From positions 1,664,001 through 1,728,000 of the forward strand of contig CBDFJF010000001.1 in the NCBI GenBank assembly GCA_965248265.1: a stretch of 64,000 nucleotides of DNA, read 5' to 3'. Of the stretch, positions 46,766 through 56,674 are shown piece by piece (the first letter of the stretch is position 1; each line of letters starts with the position of its first letter). Position numbers and translations under genes: made by a program. Source of the stretch: Candidatus Latescibacterota bacterium. Lineage in GTDB: Bacteria > Latescibacterota > UBA2968 > UBA8231. Under the pieces are notes generated by a model. It was given only the letters and a program-made list of their open reading frames with translations. It did no database searches and was not told the origin of the DNA.

Positions 46766-48247
46766 TTGGCTCGCAACGTCCTCTTCATCCTCGCCGATCA
46801 GTTCCGCGCCGATTGCCTGGGCGCGGCCGGAAACGACATCATCCGCACACCCAACCTGGATACACTGGCGCAGGAGGGTGTGCTGTTCCGCAACTGCTAC
46901 AACCAGGCCGCCCCTTGTGGTCCCAGCCGGACTTGCATCTACACCAGCCGCTATCTGTGTTCCACGCGGTCCATCAACAACCTTACCCCGCTGCGCGATG
47001 CCGAGGAAAACTGGGGTTTTGCTGTGCGCGAGGCCGGCTACGATCCAGGACTGATCGGTTACAATGACTACACGGTCGATCCAGCTATGCTACCCGCAGA
47101 TGATCATCGGCTACGCAAGCTCAGTTACGACAACGTCCTGCCTGGGTTCGAACGTGTCTACTATCACGAGTACGACAGCAACGAGTACTTCGCCTGGCTC
47201 GTGGAACAGGGTTATCCTGAAGAACTGTGCAACCACCAGGCCATACACACCCCAGCGGTACCCGAGGAAGGACCGGGAGAGCACCTGCCCTGCCACTTCC
47301 CCGCTCACTACAGCGCCCAACACAGCGAGTGCCGCTACGTCACCGACAAGGCCCGCGACTATATCCGCACCCGCGATAGTGACTCGACTGGCTGGGTTCT
47401 GAGCCTGAACTACATCAAACCGCATCCTCCCAACGTCAACTGCCACCCCTATCACGGTATGTACGATCCTGACACCATGCCCGTCCCCACTCGCAGGCCG
47501 GATGAGTTGGCCAACCCCCATCCCTACCTGCGCGTAGCCATCGGCGACGGCAAGCACCGCGACGAACGCCATTTGCGTGAGTTCATGGCCTGTTACTATG
47601 GCATGGTCACGGAGGTCGACGACAACCTTGGTCTCGTCTTCGACGAGCTGAAAGCCACTGGACAGTGGGACAATACCCTCATCGTCTTCAGTTCCGATCA
47701 TGGCGAGTCCCTCGGTGAGCATTATCTCACAGGCAAGGGCCACTGCTTCGACGGTGCGATGCATATTCCCTGTATCATCCGCGACCCGCAGTCCCCGGGC
47801 GGGAGGCAGCGCGACGGCTTCGTCCAGTCCATCGACCTGGGCCCGACCGTCCTCGACTGGCTCGACGTCGAGGTGCCGGATCGTTTCCAGGGGCGCAGTC
47901 TCATGGGTGCCGTGCGCGGCGATGCGGCCTTTGAAGAAGGCAGCGAAATCCACTACGAATTCGACTACCGTTCGGCGGCGCGGCGGCGCGATGCGGATAC
48001 CGATATGGACCAACACCTTCTCTGGGTCGTCCGGGACGCGGACTACAAGTATGTCCACTTCGCCGATGAACGAGTGCCGCCGCTGCTTTTCGACTTGAAC
48101 ACCGATCCCGGCGAATTCGACAATCTGGCGCCACAGCCCGAATACGCCGAGACGGCACTGCGATACTGCCAGAAGCTGCTGCGCTGGCGCATGCGGCACG
48201 AAGACCAGCGCATGGAGCACTGGGCCTCGCGACTGCGCTATAGCTGA
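46766..48247 (+). CDS. Formylglycine-dependent sulfatase-superfamily hydrolase (phosphonate monoester hydrolase-like)
   Basis: NVLFILADQFR, TPNLD, CGPSR (CxPxR), GYDPGLIGY, PHPP and SSDHGE. TTG start after a GGGAG RBS. Confidence 0.85.
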   Translation: MARNVLFILADQFRADCLGAAGNDIIRTPNLDTLAQEGVLFRNCYNQAAPCGPSRTCIYTSRYLCSTRSINNLTPLRDAEENWGFAVREAGYDPGLIGYNDYTVDPAMLPADDHRLRKLSYDNVLPGFERVYYHEYDSNEYFAWLVEQGYPEELCNHQAIHTPAVPEEGPGEHLPCHFPAHYSAQHSECRYVTDKARDYIRTRDSDSTGWVLSLNYIKPHPPNVNCHPYHGMYDPDTMPVPTRRPDELANPHPYLRVAIGDGKHRDERHLREFMACYYGMVTEVDDNLGLVFDELKATGQWDNTLIVFSSDHGESLGEHYLTGKGHCFDGAMHIPCIIRDPQSPGGRQRDGFVQSIDLGPTVLDWLDVEVPDRFQGRSLMGAVRGDAAFEEGSEIHYEFDYRSAARRRDADTDMDQHLLWVVRDADYKYVHFADERVPPLLFDLNTDPGEFDNLAPQPEYAETALRYCQKLLRWRMRHEDQRMEHWASRLRYS

Positions 48248-48282
48248 ATCGGCAAAGGTCTACTACAACGAAGATGGGAGGC

Positions 48283-50442
48283 CTAGTCGATCCAACCCAG
48301 GACATCCCGTAGAACGCTCCAGCGGGGCCCTGACTTCTTCGCCGTCTTCCCCAGAATCCAGTGATCGTAGAGACGTTGGTCATAAGCTCCAGCGCCGACG
48401 AACTGAATCCACGAACTGAGAAACTGTGCAAAGGCCTCATTGCTCCTAGCCACCGGATAGCCGACGGGAGCCTGAAACAGGGGACGGATCAGGACAACGC
48501 TGAACTCCGGAAAAAGGAGAGTCCACGCCGCTCCTGCCTCAGCCGTCCATAACATCGCGTCCGCCTCCACCCCACCAGACTCCAGATACTCCCGGACTGA
48601 CGGCAGGGTCACGACTTCCGCGCCCGGCAACAGAGAGCGGGCAATCGGCGCTGCGTCACTGGTACGCCCGACGGCAATGGTGAGATCCCCGAAACGTCGC
48701 GAGTTCATGCGCTCATCGAATTCCTCACGCCGGTGGTCGGGTACCAACAAGGCGGCTGTGATCTGCATGTAGGGCTCGGTAAACCGCATTTTCGCGAGGC
48801 GTGCCGGCAACATGGTTACCGCCGACATTGCCAGATCAAAATCGCCGCGCTCCAGCTGAGCTGGAAGGCTGTGGAATTCGAAAGGCACAAATTCGAGCCT
48901 GCACTGCAAGTGCTGCGCGAGCAGATAGGCCATGTCGACATCATACCCCACCAGTTCGTCCTCGGCGTTGAAGAAACTGGCCGGCAGGTTGTTCGGATGA
49001 TAACCGACCCGGAGCACGCCTGTCCTCTCGATGCGGCCGAGACCGTGCACGCCCGAGGTGACCGGCGATAGCGGTACAGACCTGTGGACGACAGTCTCAG
49101 CAGACGAATGCAACGACGAGTGCATGTTGCGGATGGCTGCGTCCTTGTCGAAGGCACCGTCCAGCGACTGGGACAGAAATCCCCGCGTGGCGCCGGTGAC
49201 GGCGGCCCCCACGAGGATGCCGACGACGACGACGGGAATCAATCGACGGACCTGCACCCGAAGCATCCCCGTCAGAGCACAGGCCGTGAGAACGGAGACA
49301 AAGAACAGGTGGATGGCGCCGAGCAAGTCACCCATCCGGCTCGCCAGAACCCCCGAGACGACGAAGAGCTGGAACATGTCAGCCGGCAGGCGCAGTTGAT
49401 CGAGAAGGAACGGAATCGCCGCGAGTGGACTCCCGAACATGCTGAACAGGCCCGTTCCCAGCAGCAGCGGATATTGCGCCACCGAGACTGGCTGGTCCAC
49501 GAACCAGGCGGCGAACGGCACGAACAGCAGAGCCAGCAGTTTCCCGGCATGCGGAAAGGGATAAATGAGCGGCGTAACGGCGCGGGCCGTCGACACCGGC
49601 CGCTCGAAATCTCCCCCGCGTTCCCGAAACAGCTCCTCGGCCGCGGCGACCAGCATTGGCAACACGATGAATACCTTGCCGGTGGCGAACGCCGTCAACA
49701 TGGGCGCCCTGAGGGCGCGCAAGATTTGCCCCATCGAGAATGGCGTCAGCGCAGACAGCAGCGGGACCATGACGCCAAATCCGAGGATGAGGACTCCGGC
49801 GAGGAACAGGAGCAGATAAGCTTCCAGTCGCGCCAGTTCGGCAAGCTGCATGGTGCCCGCAGTGCTGGCAACGATGGCGAAAACGCCGACCGGCGTCACC
49901 TTCACCAGCGACTGATTGATGCGGGCGAAGGCAACGGTGACCACGTCCAGCTGGTCCAGCACCGCCTGTTTTTGCGTCAGAGACATAATGGCGAGGCCGA
50001 CGGCAATACAGAAGATGACGACGGCCGGCACGACGTTGTTGGCCAGCGCATGAAACGGATTGGAAGGGATGAAGAGACTCAGAAAATCCACCTCCGCCGG
50101 CTCCTGCAGCGAGCCGGTGCTGAAGAAGGAAGCCGATTCCATGTGAGGCAGTGACAGGGGAAGCAGCAGGATAGCCCCCAGACACAGCGCCGTCGAAAGC
50201 AGTAGGAAGGTGCCCGCATAGAAACCGAATCGCCTGCCCTCCTTCGATGAGAGGCGGCCGATGTTCGAGATGAGGGCTAGGGTGATGTAGGGCAACACCG
50301 TCATCTGCAGCAGGCCGACGAAGATGTCGCCCGCCAACGACAGAAAGGCGACATGTTCGCCGAATAGCAGACCCGTTGCCATGCCTACCAGAACGCCGGC
50401 CAGAATGAGGGCGGACAGGCCGGGCCGGGGGATGCGTGTCAT
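48283..50442 (-). CDS. Dicarboxylate/amino acid:cation symporter (DAACS) fused to a family-3 solute-binding domain
   Basis: LLQMTVLPY, FIPSNPF and TPVGVFAI, then GVLRVGY, LVGYDVDMA and MRFTEPY. Confidence 0.85.
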   Translation of the reverse strand: MTRIPRPGLSALILAGVLVGMATGLLFGEHVAFLSLAGDIFVGLLQMTVLPYITLALISNIGRLSSKEGRRFGFYAGTFLLLSTALCLGAILLLPLSLPHMESASFFSTGSLQEPAEVDFLSLFIPSNPFHALANNVVPAVVIFCIAVGLAIMSLTQKQAVLDQLDVVTVAFARINQSLVKVTPVGVFAIVASTAGTMQLAELARLEAYLLLFLAGVLILGFGVMVPLLSALTPFSMGQILRALRAPMLTAFATGKVFIVLPMLVAAAEELFRERGGDFERPVSTARAVTPLIYPFPHAGKLLALLFVPFAAWFVDQPVSVAQYPLLLGTGLFSMFGSPLAAIPFLLDQLRLPADMFQLFVVSGVLASRMGDLLGAIHLFFVSVLTACALTGMLRVQVRRLIPVVVVGILVGAAVTGATRGFLSQSLDGAFDKDAAIRNMHSSLHSSAETVVHRSVPLSPVTSGVHGLGRIERTGVLRVGYHPNNLPASFFNAEDELVGYDVDMAYLLAQHLQCRLEFVPFEFHSLPAQLERGDFDLAMSAVTMLPARLAKMRFTEPYMQITAALLVPDHRREEFDERMNSRRFGDLTIAVGRTSDAAPIARSLLPGAEVVTLPSVREYLESGGVEADAMLWTAEAGAAWTLLFPEFSVVLIRPLFQAPVGYPVARSNEAFAQFLSSWIQFVGAGAYDQRLYDHWILGKTAKKSGPRWSVLRDVLGWID

Positions 50443-51695
50443 CCTGATTCTCCTACTTTTCTGTGCCTGAGGCCGAAGACGATCCCCATGATCAGCCCAC
50501 TCAAGATGCGCGAAGCGCACGCCAGCCCGAACGCCGCCACATAGCCGTAGTCGACGATGAGTGTGCCGCCGAGCAGACTGCCCGCGAAGGCAAACAGCTG
50601 GAAACCACCGACGCGGTAGCCCTGGATTCGGGCCCAGTAGCGCCTTGGCAGAATCTGCGTCGTGAAGTGCTGGTCGGATGGATTGTCGACCACCTCCGTG
50701 GCTCGCACCAGGAGAAACATCGGCACTGCGATGGGCAAGCTGATGAAGGCTCCCATGATCCCGAGCGCGCCACCTCCGATGGCGCGTGCCGGCAGAATCG
50801 TCAGTGTCGCACCAAACCTGCGCACCAGGGCGGGGGCCGAAAACGTGGCTGGAAGACTGACAAGCTGACTCAGAAAGAACGTGGCTCCGATGGCCACTGG
50901 CCCGAGCAGCAGTTCCTCCTCGAAGAAAACATTGAAGAACGGGAAGGTCAGTCCGGCAGCAAAACCGCGGGTTCCACTGAGAGCGGTGATTGCGGCAAAA
51001 ATTCGCCAGGGTTGACCGGTAGCGTCCGTTTCTGGTTCCCCCTCACACTGCTCGGTCGTGTGCCGGTCGTCGCCCCCAGGCTGCTGGATCCGCAAGAGCG
51101 GCAATACGGCGCCGAGTGAACAGGCGGCCCCGAGGAACAGCGCGTAGCGGAACGTCTCCGGCAACTCTGTAGAAGTACCGAGGAAATATCCCATGATCCC
51201 GGGCATGAAGCCGCCGCCCAGACTCAGCAGCATGCGAATGACGACCTGCAGCGCCGTCCAGATCACCAGCGCTTCGGCGCGGCGCGAGGGATGGGCGTTG
51301 TCGGAAAGAAAGGCCACATGGTTGACCCATATGAAGGCACTGCCCACGCCACCGATGAACGACAGTGCCAGCAGAGCCGCGGGACTCTCGGCCAGAACCA
51401 GGCCCAGTTGCGACGCAGCTAAAAGCAGCCCGGAGACGATCAGGAAGGGCTTGCGGCCGATGCGATCGCTCAGTATTCCGACCGGCAATGCCAGGATGGC
51501 GGTAGCAAGGGGCGCCATGCTGGCTACCTGGCCGATGAAATCTTCCTGGTAGCTCAGCCGCAGTAGGTAGAGATTGTACAGTAGTTGAAAAAGCGCCATC
51601 CCGGCGTTGATTAGTACACCGTAGTAGAAGAACGACCGGACGTTGCGGTTAAAATCCCGCAGCCGGTACCTGTCCATGGCGCCGGCGATACTCAC
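50439..51695 (-). CDS. MFS transporter
   Basis: Motif A GILSDRIGRK, about 12 TM segments, and LYNLYL / PFFNVFF. Confidence 0.88.
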   Translation of the reverse strand: MSIAGAMDRYRLRDFNRNVRSFFYYGVLINAGMALFQLLYNLYLLRLSYQEDFIGQVASMAPLATAILALPVGILSDRIGRKPFLIVSGLLLAASQLGLVLAESPAALLALSFIGGVGSAFIWVNHVAFLSDNAHPSRRAEALVIWTALQVVIRMLLSLGGGFMPGIMGYFLGTSTELPETFRYALFLGAACSLGAVLPLLRIQQPGGDDRHTTEQCEGEPETDATGQPWRIFAAITALSGTRGFAAGLTFPFFNVFFEEELLLGPVAIGATFFLSQLVSLPATFSAPALVRRFGATLTILPARAIGGGALGIMGAFISLPIAVPMFLLVRATEVVDNPSDQHFTTQILPRRYWARIQGYRVGGFQLFAFAGSLLGGTLIVDYGYVAAFGLACASRILSGLIMGIVFGLRHRKVGESG

Positions 51696-52603
51696 ACTCT
51701 CCGTCGCCCCCTTCGATCAACCACCGCATCGAAGACGGCCTGCCCAATCGCCTTCACCTCCGGCCAGTTGATGCCCCGGTGGTGGACGATCGATCCGAGT
51801 AGGAGCTTGGGAACCCAGGTCAGCACGTAGAGTGTGTAGACGACCATACGCTGGGGAAGGGTGAGGTGCTTGCGGAACAGCAGCACCTTGTTGCGCAGCA
51901 GGTAGTACATCCGCTCCGGGTTGCGGGTGCCACCAAGTTCCACCTTGTGTTGAATGACGGCCGTGGGCTCGTAGAGAACCTCGTACCCGGCATCCATGAT
52001 CTTCAGACAGACGTCGACGTCACCGTGGGACGTGTAGTACTCGACATCGAATCCACCGACTGACTCGAAAACATCTCGCCGGTACAGGGTGCCACAGCTG
52101 GCGGTGAAATGACATCGTGATCGCTGGTCTGGTGCGTCTCCGGAGAACGCTCCGAGCCACCGGCTGAAGTAGCCGGCGCTGATGGCTTCGCGCGACGGAT
52201 CACTGTGGTAGACGATACGCGCGCCAACAGATCCCGCCCCTGTCTCCTGTAGCGCCTCCAGCAAAATACCCAGCGAGTCCGGTGCCATCTCGACGTCGTC
52301 ATCCAGCGACAGAACGAATTGAGCACGTTCGGTGATTTGCTGCTGGGCCACGGCGCGGCCACCGAACGCCCCCAGATTCTCTTCGCTTCTGCTGTACTCC
52401 AGCTGACCCCACGCATTCGACATCCCTTCCAGATGCGCCGGCACCTTCTCCGCCGTGGCATCGGTGGAGCCATTGTCGTAGAGCACCAGGTCCAACTGCT
52501 CCTTCGGGTAGTCCAGTTCCTCCAGGTTGTCGAGTGTGGCAACGAGATCGGCGCAGTTGTTACGGCTGACGATCAGGATGCAAATCGGTGGAGGAGTTGG
52601 CAT
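51692..52603 (-). CDS. Glycosyltransferase family 2
   Basis: ILIVSRN, YDNGSTD, NLG, LDDD (DxD), GGFD and DVDVCL. Confidence 0.9.
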   Translation of the reverse strand: MPTPPPICILIVSRNNCADLVATLDNLEELDYPKEQLDLVLYDNGSTDATAEKVPAHLEGMSNAWGQLEYSRSEENLGAFGGRAVAQQQITERAQFVLSLDDDVEMAPDSLGILLEALQETGAGSVGARIVYHSDPSREAISAGYFSRWLGAFSGDAPDQRSRCHFTASCGTLYRRDVFESVGGFDVEYYTSHGDVDVCLKIMDAGYEVLYEPTAVIQHKVELGGTRNPERMYYLLRNKVLLFRKHLTLPQRMVVYTLYVLTWVPKLLLGSIVHHRGINWPEVKAIGQAVFDAVVDRRGRRRV

Positions 52604-52622
52604 GTTCGTCTGTCGGTTGCCC

Positions 52623-54131
52623 TCACCCGTTCTCGCCAGGATTGCGCACTGAGCGCATGAACTCACGCGTGAAAATGCCCGCTCGTATACCTGTACCCAT
52701 GAAGATGAGTCCGACGGCCAGCGCCGAACCCACGAGCCCGATGACGCTTCCGAAGAAGCTGTTGCCGGCAAGACCTGCGATGAACCAGGCGACGAAGCCG
52801 GCCGGTACAGCAGTGAGCAGCGGCCCGATGAGAGGCCGGACCAGCAAGTACAGAGAACGGCTGAAGTGGGTATGTAGCGAGGTAATCAAGTAGGCAGACC
52901 CGGCCGCGAAAGCGATGGCGGTTCCCAGGGGGGCTCCGGCGAATCCCAACAGAAGCAACAAGACGACGGACAAGACAACGTTGAGTACCCCGGCAATCAA
53001 ACTGCTGTACATCTCTGTTTCGGGTTTGCCGATGCCCACTGCAACACTCTTGGCCATCCCACTGTAGACGCTCAAAAACATACCCGCGCAGAGAATCCAC
53101 ACCGTCAACTGGGCCTCTATCGCTCGCACGTCGGCCCAGACAAACAGCAGGGGTCCAGCCCCTACCCCGGCCCACAGAAAAATCGGCAACCCCGTCCAGG
53201 CGAGCGCTCTCGTGCCCCTCTCGTAAAAGCTCCAGAGTTGCTCGTGCTTACCTGCGGCGTTGAGGGCAGAAGCAACTGGCAGAGTCGCAGATACCAGTTT
53301 CAGTGGAAGATCCTTGACCACGCTGGCCAGCTTGGCTCCCACATCGTAATAGGCCACCGCCTCCAGCCCCAGGACAGCGGTCAGCAATAGCTTGTCGAAG
53401 TGCCGGGCAACCAGGTATGCCACATGGCCGATCTCCAGCTTTGATCCGAATGAGATCAGTTCGCGCAAGGAACTCGCGTGCGGTCTGGCGACAAACCTGA
53501 ATCCCGGAACCCGCCTTCTCACGGCCAACGCACAGGCCCCGAAATCGACCGCTGACATGACAACCTCTGCCACCACCAACTCGCGCAGACGCCCACCGAT
53601 GAGGACTATGGCGATAAGGACAACAGCACGTAGTATGCTTACCGAGATGGTGATCTTTGAGGTGATGTCGTAGCGCTGCAGACCCTCCAGCACTCCGCGT
53701 AACAGCGACGTCGTCGTCGTAAAAGCGAAGACGAGAACCGCGGCAGGCAGAGCGAAGCTGACATCGGCCTGGATACTCTCCGGCAACCAGGTGGTCAGGA
53801 CCGGGGCACGACTGATAAGAAACGCCACCACGATCGCCACCGAGCTGACCGTCCCATAGAGGAAGAATCCGCTATGGGCCAGGCGTGTGACGCGGCTACT
53901 CTGTCCGGATTCGGTAGCAGCGGCTACCAGTGGGGTTGCCGCCGCTCCGATGCGCAGATCGACCACTCCTAGAGTACCGGAAAAGGTCCAGATGACCGCC
54001 CACAGGCCGTAGGTTTCGGTTCCCAGAGCCTGCAGAAGAACCGGCGTCACCACTAGGGCAAGAACCAGGCGAATCACCGAGACAGAGGCACTGAACGCCG
54101 TATTCCTTGCCAGTGATGGTGTGGGTGTCAA
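52623..54131 (-). CDS. Wzx-like oligosaccharide flippase
   Basis: LARNT start, LGTETYG, GLQRYD and FDKLLL..LGLEAVAYY, with 12 or more TM segments. Confidence 0.85.
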   Translation of the reverse strand: MTPTPSLARNTAFSASVSVIRLVLALVVTPVLLQALGTETYGLWAVIWTFSGTLGVVDLRIGAAATPLVAAATESGQSSRVTRLAHSGFFLYGTVSSVAIVVAFLISRAPVLTTWLPESIQADVSFALPAAVLVFAFTTTTSLLRGVLEGLQRYDITSKITISVSILRAVVLIAIVLIGGRLRELVVAEVVMSAVDFGACALAVRRRVPGFRFVARPHASSLRELISFGSKLEIGHVAYLVARHFDKLLLTAVLGLEAVAYYDVGAKLASVVKDLPLKLVSATLPVASALNAAGKHEQLWSFYERGTRALAWTGLPIFLWAGVGAGPLLFVWADVRAIEAQLTVWILCAGMFLSVYSGMAKSVAVGIGKPETEMYSSLIAGVLNVVLSVVLLLLLGFAGAPLGTAIAFAAGSAYLITSLHTHFSRSLYLLVRPLIGPLLTAVPAGFVAWFIAGLAGNSFFGSVIGLVGSALAVGLIFMGTGIRAGIFTREFMRSVRNPGENG

Positions 54132-55282
54132 GACGAAGTACGCTCGGCCAGCAGATCCCGGTAGATCGACTGCACCTGAGCCACCATCCCTGCCGCCGTG
54201 TGGTGCTCCATGACGTAATCGTGTGCATCGCGGCCCATCTGCGCGGCATGCGCTGGGTCATCGAGCAAAGTGGTGATGGCCGCAGCCAGTGCTTCGGGGT
54301 TTTCCGTCGGGACCAATTGTGCCGTACCCTCTTCTTTAATGACTTCCTCGATGCCGCCGATTCGGGTGGCGACGACGGCGCGTCCGCTTCCCATCGCTTC
54401 CAGTAGAGTGTACGGCATGCCCTCCGAACGCGACGCGAGGGTTACCAGGTCTGCGGCATTCAACAGATCGGCCACGTCCTCTCGGTGACCGAGAAAACGA
54501 ACGGCTGACTCTATGTTCAACTGCTGCGCCAGTCCCTCCAGCTGCTGACGCAGTGGCCCTTCTCCAACGGCCAAAACGACGAGTTGAGGATAGCGCTTTG
54601 CGATCCGGGAGATTGCTTCGAAGAGGACATCAAAACCCTTCTGAGGAGTCAGTCTGCCCATCTGCAACAGGACGGGTGCTCCTGGCTCGACCCCAACCGT
54701 CTCCCTGACCTGTTCTCGACTCCTGTGCGGCTTCAGCCGCCCCGTATCGACGCCGTTGGGGACCACCGTGATCTTGTTGGCCGGGAATCCGTAGCCGGAA
54801 CGCAGCTGCTGCGCAATCCCCTCCGAAACCGCGATGACGCGGTCGCACCAGCGCAAGGTCAAGCGCTCGGCCATGGCGTAGGCTCGCTGGTTCACAGCAG
54901 CCACGTCGTAGTGGTAGACGGAATTGTGGATCGTCGACACGCGCACTGGCACTCCCGCCCTCCAGCCGGCGACTCGGGCGTGGACGTTCGCCCTCACGTT
55001 GTGACTGTGCAGGATGTCTATGCCGCGCTCCCCGCACAGCTGCATCAGGTGACTCACATCTTTGAGGCCGAATCGCGAACCGAGCTCGACGGCGTGGACC
55101 GTCTCCCCCATGTCCTTGAGGCTCTCCGGCATCGGGCCGTCTGCCGGCATACCGAATTCGAAATGAAAGGCCTCTCTGTCGACCCAGCTGGCAAACTGAT
55201 GCATCTGTACCATCCCGCCACCGGGCTGGTTGTCGGAGAGCAGCTGCAGCACTCGAATTGGCGAACCCGGCATCCAGTTCAT
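54128..55282 (-). CDS. Glycosyltransferase family 4
   Basis: GG motif, DILHSH, VPNGVD, GRLTPQKG and EGMPYTLLEAM (EX7E). Start at 55282 or 55273. Confidence 0.92.
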   Translation of the reverse strand: MNWMPGSPIRVLQLLSDNQPGGGMVQMHQFASWVDREAFHFEFGMPADGPMPESLKDMGETVHAVELGSRFGLKDVSHLMQLCGERGIDILHSHNVRANVHARVAGWRAGVPVRVSTIHNSVYHYDVAAVNQRAYAMAERLTLRWCDRVIAVSEGIAQQLRSGYGFPANKITVVPNGVDTGRLKPHRSREQVRETVGVEPGAPVLLQMGRLTPQKGFDVLFEAISRIAKRYPQLVVLAVGEGPLRQQLEGLAQQLNIESAVRFLGHREDVADLLNAADLVTLASRSEGMPYTLLEAMGSGRAVVATRIGGIEEVIKEEGTAQLVPTENPEALAAAITTLLDDPAHAAQMGRDAHDYVMEHHTAAGMVAQVQSIYRDLLAERTSS

Positions 55283-55295
55283 CCATTTCGCAGGG

Positions 55296-55334
55296 TGTGA
55301 TCCGACGATGTGATTCGTCGATGTGATGCGTCGA
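55296..55334. repeat. Three tandem 13-bp direct repeats
   Basis: TGTGATCCGACGA / TGTGATTCGTCGA / TGTGATGCGTCGA, 13 bp upstream of the GT4 start codon. Confidence 0.8.
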
Positions 55335-55404
55335 AAAAGGACGCTGTTGGCTCCGAGAAAGATACGACGGTTTGTGGCAACCCGTACGCCTGGCCTGGCC
55401 GGTC

Positions 55405-55710
55405 TCAGGCCTCCCCCAGCACCTTGAGCGAGACCCCGTCCACGATATCCTTGACCTGCTCTTTGTAGGCCACCATGTGTGGGGCCACGAGGTGGTCTCG
55501 CAACGCCTCGAGACTCTCCCACTTCTCGATGACGGTCACCATGCTCGCGTCCAGAACCTGCGGCTCCAGTTCGGCGTCGACGTCAATGGTCGGTGCATAT
55601 TCTATGCAACCGGCCTCCGCTCTGACATTTGGAACATTGGCCTTGAAGATCTGTACGAACTCGTCTCGTTTACCCGGTTTTACACTGATCGCAGCCAGCA
55701 CGTTGATCAT
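55405..55710 (-). CDS. Putative quinol monooxygenase (ABM/YgiN family)
   Basis: VKPGKRDEF, RAEAGCIEY and EKWESLEALRDHLVAPHM. Confidence 0.9.
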   Translation of the reverse strand: MINVLAAISVKPGKRDEFVQIFKANVPNVRAEAGCIEYAPTIDVDAELEPQVLDASMVTVIEKWESLEALRDHLVAPHMVAYKEQVKDIVDGVSLKVLGEA

Positions 55711-55834
55711 GGAACTGTCCCCTTTCAAATGATTGAGTGGGTGTCAAAAATACCCGCTCTTCCGGCCAGGGCAATTGAGCATGGCGGTGCCCCGAAGGCG
55801 CTGTATATTTGCGCACAATGCCAGGACACCGCGA

Positions 55835-56614
55835 ATGATCAGCGAAGAAAAAGCATTCGGCTTGAGTGCCAGAGAGTGCGCGTTTTACACCGACAACGGC
55901 TTCGTTCATGCCGAAGGCGTATTCACCCCAGCGGAGGCTGAATTTTTCCGCCAAGAGGGGCACAGAGTCATCGAGCGCCTCCTCCAGCATGACGTACAGC
56001 GGGTTCGTATGGAGGGATGGAAGAGTAGTGCCAAGGTCACGGACCTGCCACGCGAGCTCCTCCACTGTCACGACGTCCAATTCCAGAGTGCCACCTTCAC
56101 GCGACTGATCAATGACCCGCGACTGACTGACCGGGTCGCCGATCTCATCGGTCCCAATGTGCAGCTGCATCACACCAAGCTGTTCATCAAACCGCCTGAA
56201 ACAGGTGCCCCGTTTCCGATGCACCAGGACGTCCATTACTTCCCGCACGAGCGCGATACCATGATCGCGGCGATCATCCATTTTGACGACGCCCCGCTCG
56301 AACGTGGATGCGTTCGCGTCATTCCCGGCAGTCACAGATGCGGACGTCTGGAGCACCTCCATGATGGCGGCCATCATCTACCCGTCGACGAGTACCCCAT
56401 AGCCGAAGCCACTCCCTGCCCCGCGCGCGCCGGCGACGTCCTGTTCTTCAGCTACCTCACCATACACGGCTCATCGCTCAACACCAGCGATCAGGCGCGG
56501 ACGACGTTGCTGGTACAGATGCGCGACCCGACTGATGAACCGACTCAAATGGTGCACCTGTCCCGAGGCCAGGGCATGATGTTGCGCGGTGTCGATCCAG
56601 TAGGGGCCCTTTGA
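55835..56614 (+). CDS. PhyH family Fe(II)/2OG dioxygenase
   Basis: FYTDNGF, KLFIKPP, PMHQD (HxD), GCVRVIPGSH, AGDVLFFSYLTIHGS and ART. Confidence 0.92.
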   Translation: MISEEKAFGLSARECAFYTDNGFVHAEGVFTPAEAEFFRQEGHRVIERLLQHDVQRVRMEGWKSSAKVTDLPRELLHCHDVQFQSATFTRLINDPRLTDRVADLIGPNVQLHHTKLFIKPPETGAPFPMHQDVHYFPHERDTMIAAIIHFDDAPLERGCVRVIPGSHRCGRLEHLHDGGHHLPVDEYPIAEATPCPARAGDVLFFSYLTIHGSSLNTSDQARTTLLVQMRDPTDEPTQMVHLSRGQGMMLRGVDPVGAL

Positions 56615-56674
56615 ACCGCGTTGAAGATGCCGGTTCAAGCCCGCGATGGTCGAGGCCGCGCGCAAGGCGCTGGA

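Noticed and set aside
38654-48220. Several long antisense ORFs (38654-39625, 41420-42538, 45431-46735, 47111-48220)
   Set aside because: These are typical shadow frames of high-GC genes, lying opposite well-supported CDSs and lacking motifs.
55296-55334. CRISPR array or other defence system
   Set aside because: The repeats are 13 bp without spacers, and no cas, restriction or other defence genes were recognised anywhere in the window.
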